DNA from: Balanoglossus misakiensis | Taxonomy: Eukaryota > Animalia > Hemichordata | Reading direction: 5' to 3' | Length of the DNA stretch: 64,000 bases | Assembly: GCA_040954595.2 (NCBI GenBank) | Contig: CM082578.2 | Span: 9,657,519-9,721,518, forward strand | In this document: positions 26,398 to 39,500 of the stretch, one piece after another | Position numbering within the stretch: position 1 is the first letter of the stretch | Layout of the letters: each line of letters starts with the position of its first letter | Made by a program: the position numbers and the translations under genes | Notes under the pieces: model-generated | The model's database searches: none | The model's input: the letters and a program-made list of their open reading frames with translations, nothing else | Told to the model about the DNA's origin: nothing

Positions 26398-29300
26398 CAG
26401 CTTTTCTAGAACTCACTGAGTACTTGTTCTTGTCTTTGTGCTAGAAAGGGAAAGAAGTCACCCACCTTCAAATAAATTCAATGTTCTAACATGTTGAAAT
26501 GACTGGTGTTCGGCTTGTAAGCCGTGTGTGTTCTGCTTTACTTCCATAACTAATTAGTTTTGGAAGCCAACAAATAATTAGTTTTGGACAACATGGGGCT
26601 AGATACCTACTAGACTGGACAATAATGTTCAGCTTGTGATGTTATTGTAAGCAATTAAATCTGTTCCAGGAGTGCTGGCGGCCTAAACCTCTGTTTCACT
26701 TTGGAGAATGTTGAGGTGGTACATCAGACTGCAAGATGTAGATGTCACCAGTGAAGAAGACAATTGGACTTCATCGACCCACAGAAATCCCCCTCAAGCA
26801 GTTATGGTTGCCGTTATTACATATTACATAAGTTTGGAGGCATGTCACACATTCTGGAAAGACTAAGTTTAGAACACATTTTATGCTTGATTTCATTTCA
26901 GACATACTTCATGCTGCGTGTTCCAGCATGTCCATAAAGTCTGACCACCATGGTCACACAAGATAGGGCTAACGCAAAAGGCCATGACCTCAGCCCGGCC
27001 TGGAAAGTTTCAATATGTATATGGAAAACCATTCTTGTGTGACAAGAAACATGTCTTCAAGTTTCAATATGTATTAAGGCAAATCAATCAACTGTGTGCA
27101 TTCTGAGAACGTTTTGACCAAAAATATCTTCAAATATAGAAAATTGCTCATTTTGAGGCTATATCTGCCCACAGTCCCTCTATACTGACTGTGATCTGCC
27201 ACACACCGTTCTGAACATCAAACAGTGAAATCAAAACTCCCTGAAGATTAGCATGTTGCCAATTTTGGACCTTGGTGAAAAATTTGCCTATCGATGATGT
27301 CAGCGATGGTGTAACACTATCCTGTCCACAAAGTATTACTCCGAGTGTGTCATCAATGTCTTGTTGCTAGACTCTGGCCGGGGATGGGGGACCATAGGTT
27401 ATCCCAGCATCTCCTGCCATTTATACATTTGTGTAAACATACAGTGACCTGCTTCGAGAGCTGTGGTGTTGTGTGAAACTGTTCATAAAATAATCACAGA
27501 CATAACGTTCTTGCAAAAAAAAAAAACAAGTTTACTGAACAAGAGAGATAACCGAACTGGTAATATCACTATTACAGTTTGTGGTGTTGACTCAGTATAA
27601 AACAGACTGAACTCTTAAAATGTACAATAATACAAAACTTATATTGAAATATACAAGAGCAGAAAAACTGGTCGAATAGAATTTGCAATTCCAGCATGCA
27701 CACAATACAAGGGTCGCAGTAACTGCATTCTCAACCGAGCATACAGCTGATGGTATATATACTGTGTGCAGGTATTTGTCTGGTCATGCCAGGTGACATC
27801 AGCATCGATTGCAGTTAATTACTATCTTTCAGATGTCCATGTCTCGCGGGGAAATAAGTTTCAGAAGCTGCCCCATCAAGCTCGCATCTTTCAATGCAAA
27901 ACCTGAACCAAAGACTGAATGGTTGGCCCATCTAAGTTCTGCTGACCATGCACTCTTGTAAAAATTGTAAAGGTAACACGACGTGATCTCCACAGGAACA
28001 CAAAATGCAAAATGAAAGCTTCAGTTGCAATCCAGCAGGACTTAAAAACTGTCAACTACGAACACAGTTTGTGTAATGAAGACTTACTCTAAACATAAAC
28101 ATTTATGAAATCATGTACATATCCCTTAGCAGGGTGACGACCTAGGCAAAGTGGTGATCTCCCTCTCTTGGGGAAAAATTAATACCGAATAACACTAATC
28201 TGAGATTTCAACAATGTAGAAGAGAGAGTCATAAAATGAAATCTTATCTCGTTTACTGCAAAGATAATGTTATCCGGTACAATTTATTTGTACGTTAAAA
28301 GGACCGAACATGATATTGTAACATTTAACTCGCAAGAACATACACGTTTGTGAAAGTACTCTTTTTCAAACATGAAAAAATACCGATCGTACTTGGACGG
28401 TAACTGTTTATAATGTTAAATGTTATTGCATCACACATCTTCTGATGCAATAAATCGCAAAGGAGAAAAACAACTTTGACAACTGCAACTTAAGGAGCGA
28501 GGGCCACGGTAATATTTCTGGTGGAACTGTCTGGTCAGAAACAGGCTGCCCTCACAGGTCAGCAAAGCACACAGCTATGACACTTGATCCGACAGGGCCT
28601 GTAATCAAACTTTGATGTATGACTCTATCAAAATAGACCTTCTCCTGCAGCATGTGCCGTTCCAAGGTCAAAGGCCATGAAAGTGTAAGTTTAAGGTTGC
28701 TGCTTTCAACAGAAACGTCATGGGCGGACCTCTGTTCTGTTAATGACCTCAAACTCTTGGCATTACACGCTCATGTTTACATAGGCTAAGCTACATTTTC
28801 TCAGAGACAAAAAAACACTTTGATCATAGTCTCACGTAACAGATCAGGATAGCCAAAAACATCCAAATATAAAATAGAGTCAATGAGGCAATTTTTTTCA
28901 ACTTCAAACATCTCATACACAGTGGGGAATTTGGAAGTTGAAATACCCGAATGAAAAACACAGAACTGTATATATTTAAATAAAAATATATTTAACAGAT
29001 GAGTCATCCCTCAGGCTCATAATGGCTAACACAAATGGCAGACTCCGGATGGGTATATACAGTAGATGGGTTGACCAAATAGTTTGACAAGGGTCAACTC
29101 GTCTATGCCTACAGCAGATTCCTATCTATGGAGACGGCACATGTTTGTTAAGTGCACACTGATTGACTGCTTTTTTTCCTATTCATTGTGTCAGAATTGC
29201 TCATTATTTCATGACAAATGACACAAAAATCACTGAAATCCATGATCAGTTTTGCTTACATACTCAAAACATAACATTTCTATCACAAATCATGATTTTA

Positions 29301-30548
29301 AAAACAACGTGAAAACATGCAACATCATCTCAGCAGAAACATTAAACTTTCACCAAGTTTCAACTTACAATGATGTACACATCTAGGGTTCATCAAAGAC
29401 ATAATTACCAGGGTTGTCCATCTCACATTGCTTATCATAATCTGTCATAATTTTTTTTTTATATGAAGCAATCATATGATCAATGATGCTGGTGTGTAAC
29501 TGATTCTCCAGATGATAAAAATGAGTTGTCATGGAAACCGCCTCGTTTCAAAATCAAATGCCACAATTCGAGTGCTTTGTTAAGACTCTTAGCTTGGAAT
29601 TCAACCACTGTTAGTTTTATTACTGCAGAACCTCCTGATGATCGTACATCAAACAGGAAAATAAGGACTGCAAGAAATTGCAAATGGCAGGTGGACCCCT
29701 GGGGGGCTTGACACTTGCACTCGCATTCTCAAGATGAATTCATAACTAAAATATGAATGCAATTTTATCATCTCCAACTATTAATCGTGACGTCTGCATG
29801 AAAATGACCTCTTCCGTCACCTTTACGCTTTTCAACAATAACTCTTTAAGACACTGATCCTCGCAGCATATATGATTCCAGAATTGACTCACTCATCACT
29901 ATTTTTATATCATAAAAAAAAATTGAAAACAAAGTTGGTAGAGTGTCTGTTCCCAGACAATGAAAAATAACATTCGACTGGTTCTTTGTACCGTATATCA
30001 CATTTGTACCACAATGATTATTTTCTAGAAATCTCAATTCTTTTCACATCTGGAATGACTGCGGTTGTCTGTGTCACGTGGCATTCTTCTATATTTTGAT
30101 TGGCTTAACAGAATATCAATCTAAAGCTGTACCTTGGCCCATTTCAAACTCACTTGCTCATCAATGAAGCATTGTGAGCCTGCCACCCCTTTGATTCAAG
30201 TGGTTCAACCCGTCTGGTCACAGAGAACAATGGAAGACGTGTCACTGCGTTTGGGTTGTGGAGGGTGAAGTGGGCAAGATGGTATAAAATGGTACAGCTT
30301 TAGATTTTGGTGTTTTCAAGCTACAACACACAGATACCACTCTTTGAAATGTAATACTAGTATAAAAGCAACAGTCTTCGACCATATACTGAACTTGACT
30401 ACAACATTTTTGGAAGAAAAAAAACTGCGCTTGACTACAAAATTTGTGAAAAAAGCTAGTACTTTTGAAAATGCACTAAAAACATTATACAACAGACTTG
30501 TCAGTGATAACCTTGACCTATAACGACCTCATCATGTCCACTACAGGG

Positions 30549-33500
30549 CTATCCCGGCTTCATGTACATCTCCTTGCCAACAACACTCTGGACAATTCCG
30601 GCATTGTGTTGCTGCTTTCGTCCAACATTCCGGCTTCTTTCCCGGGCATAGCCGTGCTGGATCAAGAGCTTACTGACCTCCACTTCTCGGTCGTTTTCTG
30701 TGCAATACAGATCAATGTGCAGAATGCTTCCACTCCTGTGTTGCAACAAAAAAGACAAAGTGGGCACAAAAATGGATCATGTTTGCAAATATCAAAGACT
30801 CCATCTTTCCCCATTTAAGGGTCAGAAAAACAAGACAGTATTATTAATAATTTCATGCATTTTTGAAGAATCGAGCTTCAGGCATTCTGATGTCTTCAGC
30901 CATCTGTCTTCAGTTTTCCTTCCTAAATTAAATCACCCTTCGGCAACTCATATTTTCATCACAAACAAAAAATTAATCCCACACTTCAATGCTGTTTGGA
31001 TGCACTGAGATTAACTTTAACTTTCGCTTACATCTGACCACTGTAATCATTACACAAATAAAAAACAATTTATGGCAAAACATGTTTTGACTTTCATGAC
31101 TGAGACCAATGAATCAACTTTTAAAGGGACTTAAAGTAAATTCTTTAGTGTCTGGGAGTTATTTTATGAGGAAATGCAGAATGTTTTTACAGTGGTTAAT
31201 TTGCGCAACTGGCCTCAAACACCTCTGATGAATAGTGGACTGCAAAAAAAAACACGTGCTCAACAGTCGGAGAAAAACACTTCCATTATACATCAATTAT
31301 AGAAAGATATGTGCAAGTTATGTAATGGGGTTGTTTATAGCATGTTTTCGCAAACAATTGTTACATACATCCAGTCAAACAGAAGGTCGGTCGGTCGATG
31401 GTGTCTTCACAGCTAGGACGGGACACCAGGGGGCGCTGTTTATGTCTTGTGGCAAATCCATTTCCTGAGCATTTCCAACTTTCCGGTATTCTTCTAGAAT
31501 CCATGTTGCTCGGCTCCATCACTGAAGGGTTGCCACGTTTTCCCCGTGTACGCTTTCTTCCCCTGTTTCTCTTCTTTGGTTTCAGAGGTCGCATCATTTC
31601 CCCTTCCACTCTCTCAGCTGCATCAGTTGTCCAAACTGCGCCAGTCACTGACCTTCTGAGGTCGGTTGGTGCAGTTGCAAGGCTTTCCCCCCAATTTCCG
31701 TCTCTCACTTGAGACTGGCTGTATCTCAGACACCCACGGGGACTTGAAAGATCTTTTCCACTCATCCAGCAGCTTGCAGGTGGTGCCACTCTGCCTTGTG
31801 CCACATCAGATGGTACAAGTTTTCCAGTGCTAGAGATTGGGTGTCTCCTGTCCACACTGACAAACATGGTCCCTGTCGGGTCCTTCGCCGCTGATGCAAA
31901 CATTCTACCTTTGCCTGTGCTCCTGTCGAACACTGACCCATAAGTAGTGCTGTTTGTATGTTCGATCACTCCATTTGACATGCCTTTTTCCATTACCACT
32001 CTTTGACCTGCACTTTTCCAACTTTCCGGTATTCTTCCAGACTCCATGTTGCTCAGCTCTGTCACTGCACGGGTGCCACGTTTTCCCCGTCCACGCTTTC
32101 TTCCCCTGTTTCTCTTCTTTGGTTTCAGAGGTCGCATCATTTCCCCTTCCACTCTCTCAGCTGCAGCAATCCCCTGATGTGCTGCATCAGTTGTCCAAAC
32201 TGCACCAGTCACTGACCTTCTGAGGTCAGTTGGTGCAGTTGTAATGCTTTCCCCCAAATTTCCGACCCCCGCGTGAGACAGGGTGTATCTCAGACTCCCA
32301 CGGGGACTTGAAAGATCTTTTCCACCCATCCAGCAGCTTGCAGGTGGTGTCGCTTTGTCTTGTGTCACATCATATGGCACATGTTTTCCAGTGCCAGAGA
32401 TTGGGTCTCTCCTGTCCACACTGACAAACATGGTCCCTGTCGGGTCCTTCCCCACGGATACAACCATGCTCTCTTTGCCTGTGCTCCCGTCTAACTCAAA
32501 ACTAACTGTACAAGGAGCGCCGTCTGTGTGTTTGAACACAACATTTGAAACACCGTTTTCCATTACCACTCTCTGACCCGCGCTTTTCCCACTTTCTGGT
32601 GTCCTTCCAGACTCCACTTCGCTCTGCTCCATCACTGCAGCCGCAGAACGCCTACCTCTTCCACGCTTTCTTTTTCTGTTTTTCCTTCGTGGTCTTGAAG
32701 GACTAGTTATGACACTGTGTTCTGTGGTTGCAGGGGTACCAGTTTCCCCGAGTGCCACGCCAGCCTTCCTGACTTCACTGGTGGCTTGTCTGTTCTGCTC
32801 CACCCGTGCAGTTGGATTGAGGCCCTTACAGTATCTTTGGTCGATTTTCCCAGGCACTTCGGACATCCACTGTGCCTGGTCCGTCTTCCCAACACTACCG
32901 GTCCTTGATGTATTCTTCTCTTCTTCATTGGTGACTTGTCTCTTCAGACTTGAAGCTTTCTTTCTCTCTACCGCTGGAAACTCAGAGTTTACTGTGCAAT
33001 AACTTTGACTTACTCCCTGAACTTTTCCAGGCCCGGCAGCTTTCCGATCGACAAACGAACAATGATTAGTTCTCTCTCCAGTGCATGTTTTCTCTCCTGC
33101 TCCTCGCTGTCCAATCCTTCTAGAGGGAGCATCTCTCCAGCCTCTCCAGTCCCTCTGAGTCTTTGCAAAGGAAGACTCTCTCTCAGTGCACTTGCCACTG
33201 TCAGTCGCCTCCCCTGAACCGTGCCGCAACAAATCAAAGTGCTGTGTCTCATGAAGCAAGGTGCCATCAAAGCACTGGGTTTCGATCATCTTCTTCCCAA
33301 CAAACTCAGGTGTGAATCTCTGATCTGAATAGTCATGTCCTCTCTGTTCTTTGCTTTTGAGGCTATTTACGTGTTTTGTATTTTCCTTGCCATGGGAAAT
33401 CTGCCGATTCTCAACGGCACTACAAAACAAAAGCAAGTACTTCAGGCGTTGCATCGACCAAATGGCGCTGTCATGTGTGATCACAAAATCCATACAAGGT

Positions 33501-36500
33501 CATGCATTTACTTAAATGACAAAAAGCACACGCAACTGAGACTGAGATTTGCCTAAATGAACAATATCAGTCAAATCGATCAAATAAACCTGTATGAGAT
33601 TAGACCTCCAGCAAATCGACCAAGGAGTGATGTCAGGTGTTACGAAAATAGTAATGGCACCCTGCTCCACAGGTGGAACCCGTACATTCACATTCAGTTT
33701 TGCTCACTGTATGAACAACCTTTGGACAGCTTTCTTCTTTTATTTACAAATGGCCCTGTCCAAGACCAACATGACTCCAAAAAGTTTACAGCTCTCAGGT
33801 TTGATATAAATTATATACTCACTCCTTGTGAATTCACCATGTTGGTTTTTTCTATGGTGAATTTTTTGTATGCGCTTTTTTTGTTTCAAAGACAGAAATC
33901 ATACCAGGGAAAAACATTTTACGGAAAATATACTTTGGTAGAAAGGTCGTTGTAGGGTAGTCAGATTTAAATCCCATGCTTAATACAGCTTGTGGTTGAA
34001 ATAAAATGGCCAAAATAAAAATAGATTTTGAGGATTAAAGTGGGGTGGTCGAATAAAACCGGCCATTCCATTGAAAGGCATTTTACTGCAGTTAACCAAC
34101 CAATAAAGATATATTCTGAATCTGACCGACCTGTTTCGGACATGTCCTATCAGTCTCTTGTTGACTGTCTCTTCTTCAAACAGTCTCCTATATGGATGAA
34201 GAAAACAAAACAAACTTTTCTCATGATGCTGAAGTCACCTACTAACTTATCTGCTCTAGAAACGCGAGTGCTCTTGTCAGAGTGACTTGGCAATGTCAAA
34301 ATCCTGTCTGCCGCAGACTGTAGAGGTTTTAGGTTGAAACAAGCAGACTGTAATGACTTCACTACTCACAGTGCTTCTTCTGGCCATGTCTGACCTTCTT
34401 GTAGGGTGGGTTCCACGCTCGACAGGAAACATTCAATGGCCTGAAATGGTAACCGTAGAAACTCTTCCTGTATGCTGTGAATGGAGGTGATAGGCAGCCA
34501 CTCTGAGTTTCCAAAGTCGACGTAGAACACCTGTGTGGATGAGGAAACAGATTTGGGGTTTGCATTTAATACTCAAATAAAATTCGGTGATATTCTCGAA
34601 TTTTGAAACTCCCCAGGAAATGTCGCGAACATCCTCCAATCATCCCCTGGCATCACACTCCTATCAGACAGCAAAAGTGATATAGGTACATTTTCTGACT
34701 TTGACAGTAGTTCTTGCTGGTTTGGTCCGTTTAATTACCAACACAGGCAGTAAGCAGTGAATGCCTTACCTCAACAGCGACATTTCCGTTCTGTTCCTGC
34801 ACATCGATGATCATAGCTCTGTAACACCTGTTGTCGTCGCTGTACTGAGCTACCACCATCTCCCCTCGTGCGGGAAGCAGCAGATCAGAGTCTCTGTATG
34901 CAGAATGGGCATAGAACTTGCTGCAATAGAGATGAAACCATTCTTGTCAGCACCAGAGGGGTAGCAGATGTAATGCTGTTACTAGTATTTTGAGCCATGA
35001 GTTTACTTTAGCATATAATGTCGGAGTTTAATGGTGAAAACAAATTGTCGACACAAACAAAGTTCTGTACTTACTTCAGATTCTCCATGAGTGGATCAAT
35101 GAGAAATGCCGCATCATCTTCATCTTCACTAAGCACACCACTGTCAGAAATACTACCTGCTAATTTACAATGTTCTAATTGTTAATCTGGGCCCCATCAT
35201 AGTCAACAGAGCACGACATATGCACTGGCATTAATTTAATACTGCGTCATATAAATTTCAGCATAATTAATTGGTCACATCACATACATATTATGTTCTG
35301 CCTTTGTGTGTATGAATGTAATGCAACGTAAAGTACATATATTTCCAATTTTACAAACCATCCTACACAGCACATATGAAATGAACACATATCAGAAACG
35401 GGGTAAACTTCAACCCACCTTCAGCCTCTAATTTCAGCTGATCTAATGATTTGTTGCCAAACGGCAACTGAGCCCAGAAATGTAACGGGCTGTGGATGGC
35501 AGTGACCTCCATTGCTACCCAGCTGCCTTCTTTCGGCAAAGGCGCATAGTTGTTACTGGAGAAGGTCTCGTTTTTGTCAATGGAAGATTCCCCTGTGACA
35601 ATGAAAAAACATGGAAACGCGTGAACTGAACCAGAATTTTACCATGACACACACGCTGATCACTGTCTGGAGCACAACCAGAGTTATCAAAACCTACTAA
35701 AATTGCAAATGGATACGACTTCTGCATCACTTTCATCCTGGTATTTTCATTGGTAGCTCATCTATTATTAGACGATGGGCAGGAAAATCGCATGTGAATA
35801 ATAAAACACAAACTTCCAAACACTATATCCTCACCAGGTGAACTGTGTTCGAATGGGCATGAATCACCACGGTAACAGGTGTCGCCTCGGCTGTGAAATT
35901 TGCAAATCCTTGAGTCTTTGGCTTCTGCAGAAATGAATATAATTAATTGTCATTTTGGCGAAATGTCACAATTAAAAAAAAAATTTCATGCAAATGAGAA
36001 ACACTACAAAATTTAATCACGACTGACGAAAAAATCACTCAGAAAAGGACAACATTAATGAATATTTTTTATCATTTAGAGAGGACAAATTCAAAATGAA
36101 CTTGCATGGAAAGACAATATAGACCCATCAGACTTACTATAGCCAACCGTTGCCACACCAGGATCATCCATATCTACTTTATAACTATTTGTTTCCGACA
36201 AATAATGGGATGACATCGGATCCCAATCGGTCATGTCAAAGTCGCCGTTGGACACATCAAAGTCATCGTCCCCAAAGTACTCCTCCGTCATTGGCTCTTC
36301 TGTGAAAACAAAACGTTCACAATTAAAGTCTCCTCAACTTAATGTGTGCTGGAATCAGCATACAACACTAGAATATAAAGCAATATTTGGCTGTACTAAT
36401 GTACATGACTACAAACCTTTTTTAAGAGTTCTGGAAGTTGCCAGGCCTAGATTCACAAGTTCCTGGTTGATCAGCACATCTTCAGGATTTGTCAGCATCA

Positions 36501-39500
36501 CCGACACAACACCATCCCTGAAGAGGAAAAGGTAACAAGTATTTCAATTCATGCTTACCTGGTTTCTCATCAGTTAACCTGGGTTTAACTTATAAATATT
36601 TCAGTGTCAAACACAGTGAAGATCACTTACTTTTCTGTCCATTTGTCTGCAAACAGAAGACTGGTATAGCCAGCAAGTCCTTCCAGTGCAAAGAAACTTT
36701 CTTTACACCACCCAGATGACAGCTCGGATTGTCTATCACCAAGGCGACTGTCTTCTTGCGGTCTTCGGTTGGGACTATCATTGGAGGCTTTTGGACCATC
36801 CGATGCCACATTCTTGCACTGGTCTGCACCAACCACAGACTGGCCACTGCCTTCATCAGGTGCTGCACCCCTCCCATTCTGAGATATTTCAGCCCCGCCC
36901 TGACTGGATTTACTGTTGTCGTCTTCCTGGGGGACATCACCGGCACCTTTACTTCTCGCCCAGCCTGCGTCCTCGCCCAGAGGTTCTATCTCCGCCAGAC
37001 AGCACTTCACTGCCTGTGCTGGAAATTCCACGAAGTTGGCGTCAAGTGGCATGACATCTGCCACGGGCACTTGCTGGGTGTTGCCAAAATCTACGTAGAA
37101 CACGTCAACTTTGGCGCTCCCTGTCCCACCCTGATTCGGCTTGGTTTCCATCACTCCTTCGTCACCCTCATTCGTCTGGGGTTGCGTCACACCTTTCACC
37201 TCTGCCCTGTACCACTTGTCATCTTCAGTGTAATGCACACAGCACAGCTCACCGACTTTGGGGACGCGCCCATCTTTATTTTTCAAACCGGCGTACGTAG
37301 CATTCAGCTCCTCCAGGAGATAGTCAAACCTCTTGGCTTCCATAGTGGCCAAATGGACGTAAAATTCACCTGGGTTGACAATGTGCGACATCACCACTTG
37401 CAACAGACCCTGGCTGTCTGCCGTTACTTGTACCCTTTTCAGCTGCGAGATCATGCATACGCTTTCAAACTTTTCAGGCCTGTCGCTTTTTAATGCAGAC
37501 AGCTCTGGCTTCAACACAATGGAGTGAGGGGAACTTGTCCCAGCCGAATCGACCATCGACGTGTTCGATTCATAACCGCCATCACCTTCCACTGTCTTGG
37601 GGGGAGATTCAATCAAATTGGAGTCTTCAGAAATAGTTGCTGGTTTTGTTTGACTGAGACTGACAACTTGAGAAGATTCAGGAGTGGCGTCCTTGTCAGA
37701 TACCGGAGCATCTTTCTCAATAAGAGCAGTTGGAGACTCGTTTACATTTGCAGTATCTTCGGTGTTAGGCTTAATCATATCAGTGGATTCAGTCTCGCTC
37801 TCCATGATCTTCTCGCACAACTCACTGTCCTGCGAACTGGAATCTGAACTGAAATCGAACGACGAATCAAGGACACTCTCCTGGTGAGGCACTTGCACTG
37901 CCAGTGTCTGCCGAGTGTTGCCACTGGAGACGGGTAATTCCACAGGCTTCTCGTAACCCGCCAAAGGTAATTCACCCACAGACTGAGTGGCCATATGAAG
38001 CCTACCCGCAACTTCAACCGGTATCGCCTCCCTCATCACATCCACATCCATGACACCGGCAACTTTCTCGGCCTTGCCGCACTGCACCATCAATTCCGCC
38101 ACGTTGAACTTCATCACCGGCACCGGTTCGCTGCTCGCAGACGCGCCGTCACCACCGCCGGCCTGAGGAGCTGCAAACAGCGTAAAGCTGAGATCGATGG
38201 AGAACAGGTGACTGCCGGGCACCGTCGAAATCACCCCTTGCAGGGTTTTACCGTAGACCAGGTTGGCAAAGTAGAGAATCTCGTCGTGATTCCAAGCTTT
38301 TGCCGCTTCCAGGGGACGCACCTGAAGACACAAGAAGAAATGAGAAAGTCACAAATCTGTAACATGTGAGTGAAACCTGAGTGTTGACTTCTCAACTGAT
38401 TTCAAACCACCAAACACGTTAAACTGAAATAGTGTAGTCAATACAAATGTACTTAGAACCTTTATTGTAAGGTTATAATACCCTTGAATTGATAAAATAA
38501 ATGGTCGTCACATTACCTAGCTTGACTCAACACAGAATAATTGCAGAGACCTTTCAAACCAGCTTTTACTGCCTTGGCAAGGGATACGAAATTTGATCAT
38601 ATTTTGAAATTAACCTTGATCTTAAAACTTTTAAGATGTTCATAAAAACTCATTACAGAAGATAACACAATACCTGAGCCAGGCAGCAGCAGACAGCTTG
38701 ACAGGGCAGTTTAGTGAACTGTTCATGAAGCAGTCGCAGTCTCCCAAGGGACAGTCTCTCTCTATTTCCATAGTCCACATACAACACGTCAACCTCTATA
38801 GATCCTTGCAGTCCGTCAGTACTGCTGGCCGTACTGCATGAAGATGGGCTCACACAACCTGCGAAGATCGATCATCAAAACATTCTCAGAGGTTTGTAAC
38901 CTTTCCTATGAGAACACAAAAATTGCGCTATAAGTGCATCCAAGTTGAGCTTAATCGTAGGCAAGTACAAATTCACAGTGTACTGGTAGGCAGCTAACAT
39001 GTTATCGTACTATCTTTCACGTTATCAGCTTACCCATGCTACTCTTTGTTGGGGACTTTATTTCTGATATGGCCGTAGAGTTGATATCATGGACGGCCAG
39101 GACTCGCCCTCGGTACCAGGTGTCATCTTTGGTGAAGCAGGCAGCAAGCATCATGCCTACACTTGGTGGCCCGGGCAACCTCTGCTCCGACTCTCCCAGT
39201 TGGTAGTAGTAGATGCTGAAACAGTACAATTAATAATAAATGTGAGAACATTGGAATAGATCAGTCACACAAACATTTTATTTTTCATAGTGAACAAAAC
39301 ATTTTCCATATCTGTAGTTTAGTGTCCATGTAAGAGTCGAGATACAAAAAGCTAAGCTGGTGTAGAATTTAAGGCTCAAAAAGCAACCAATGTGGACATG
39401 TTTTATCAGCTACATACCACATTTCTTCCACAAGACTTTCCAAAGAAGACTGCACAGGCTGTATCCAGAACATGGTGGGGCTGATGACATCGGTTACAAA

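Noticed and set aside
30734-31369. Junction TGA as a selenocysteine codon
   Set aside because: No SECIS was recognised, and the frame after the TGA is not the Tudor frame.
31361-33493. 710-aa ORF as a transposon or viral gene
   Set aside because: No RT, integrase, transposase or capsid motifs and no TIR/LTR. It has an in-phase acceptor matching the host gene.
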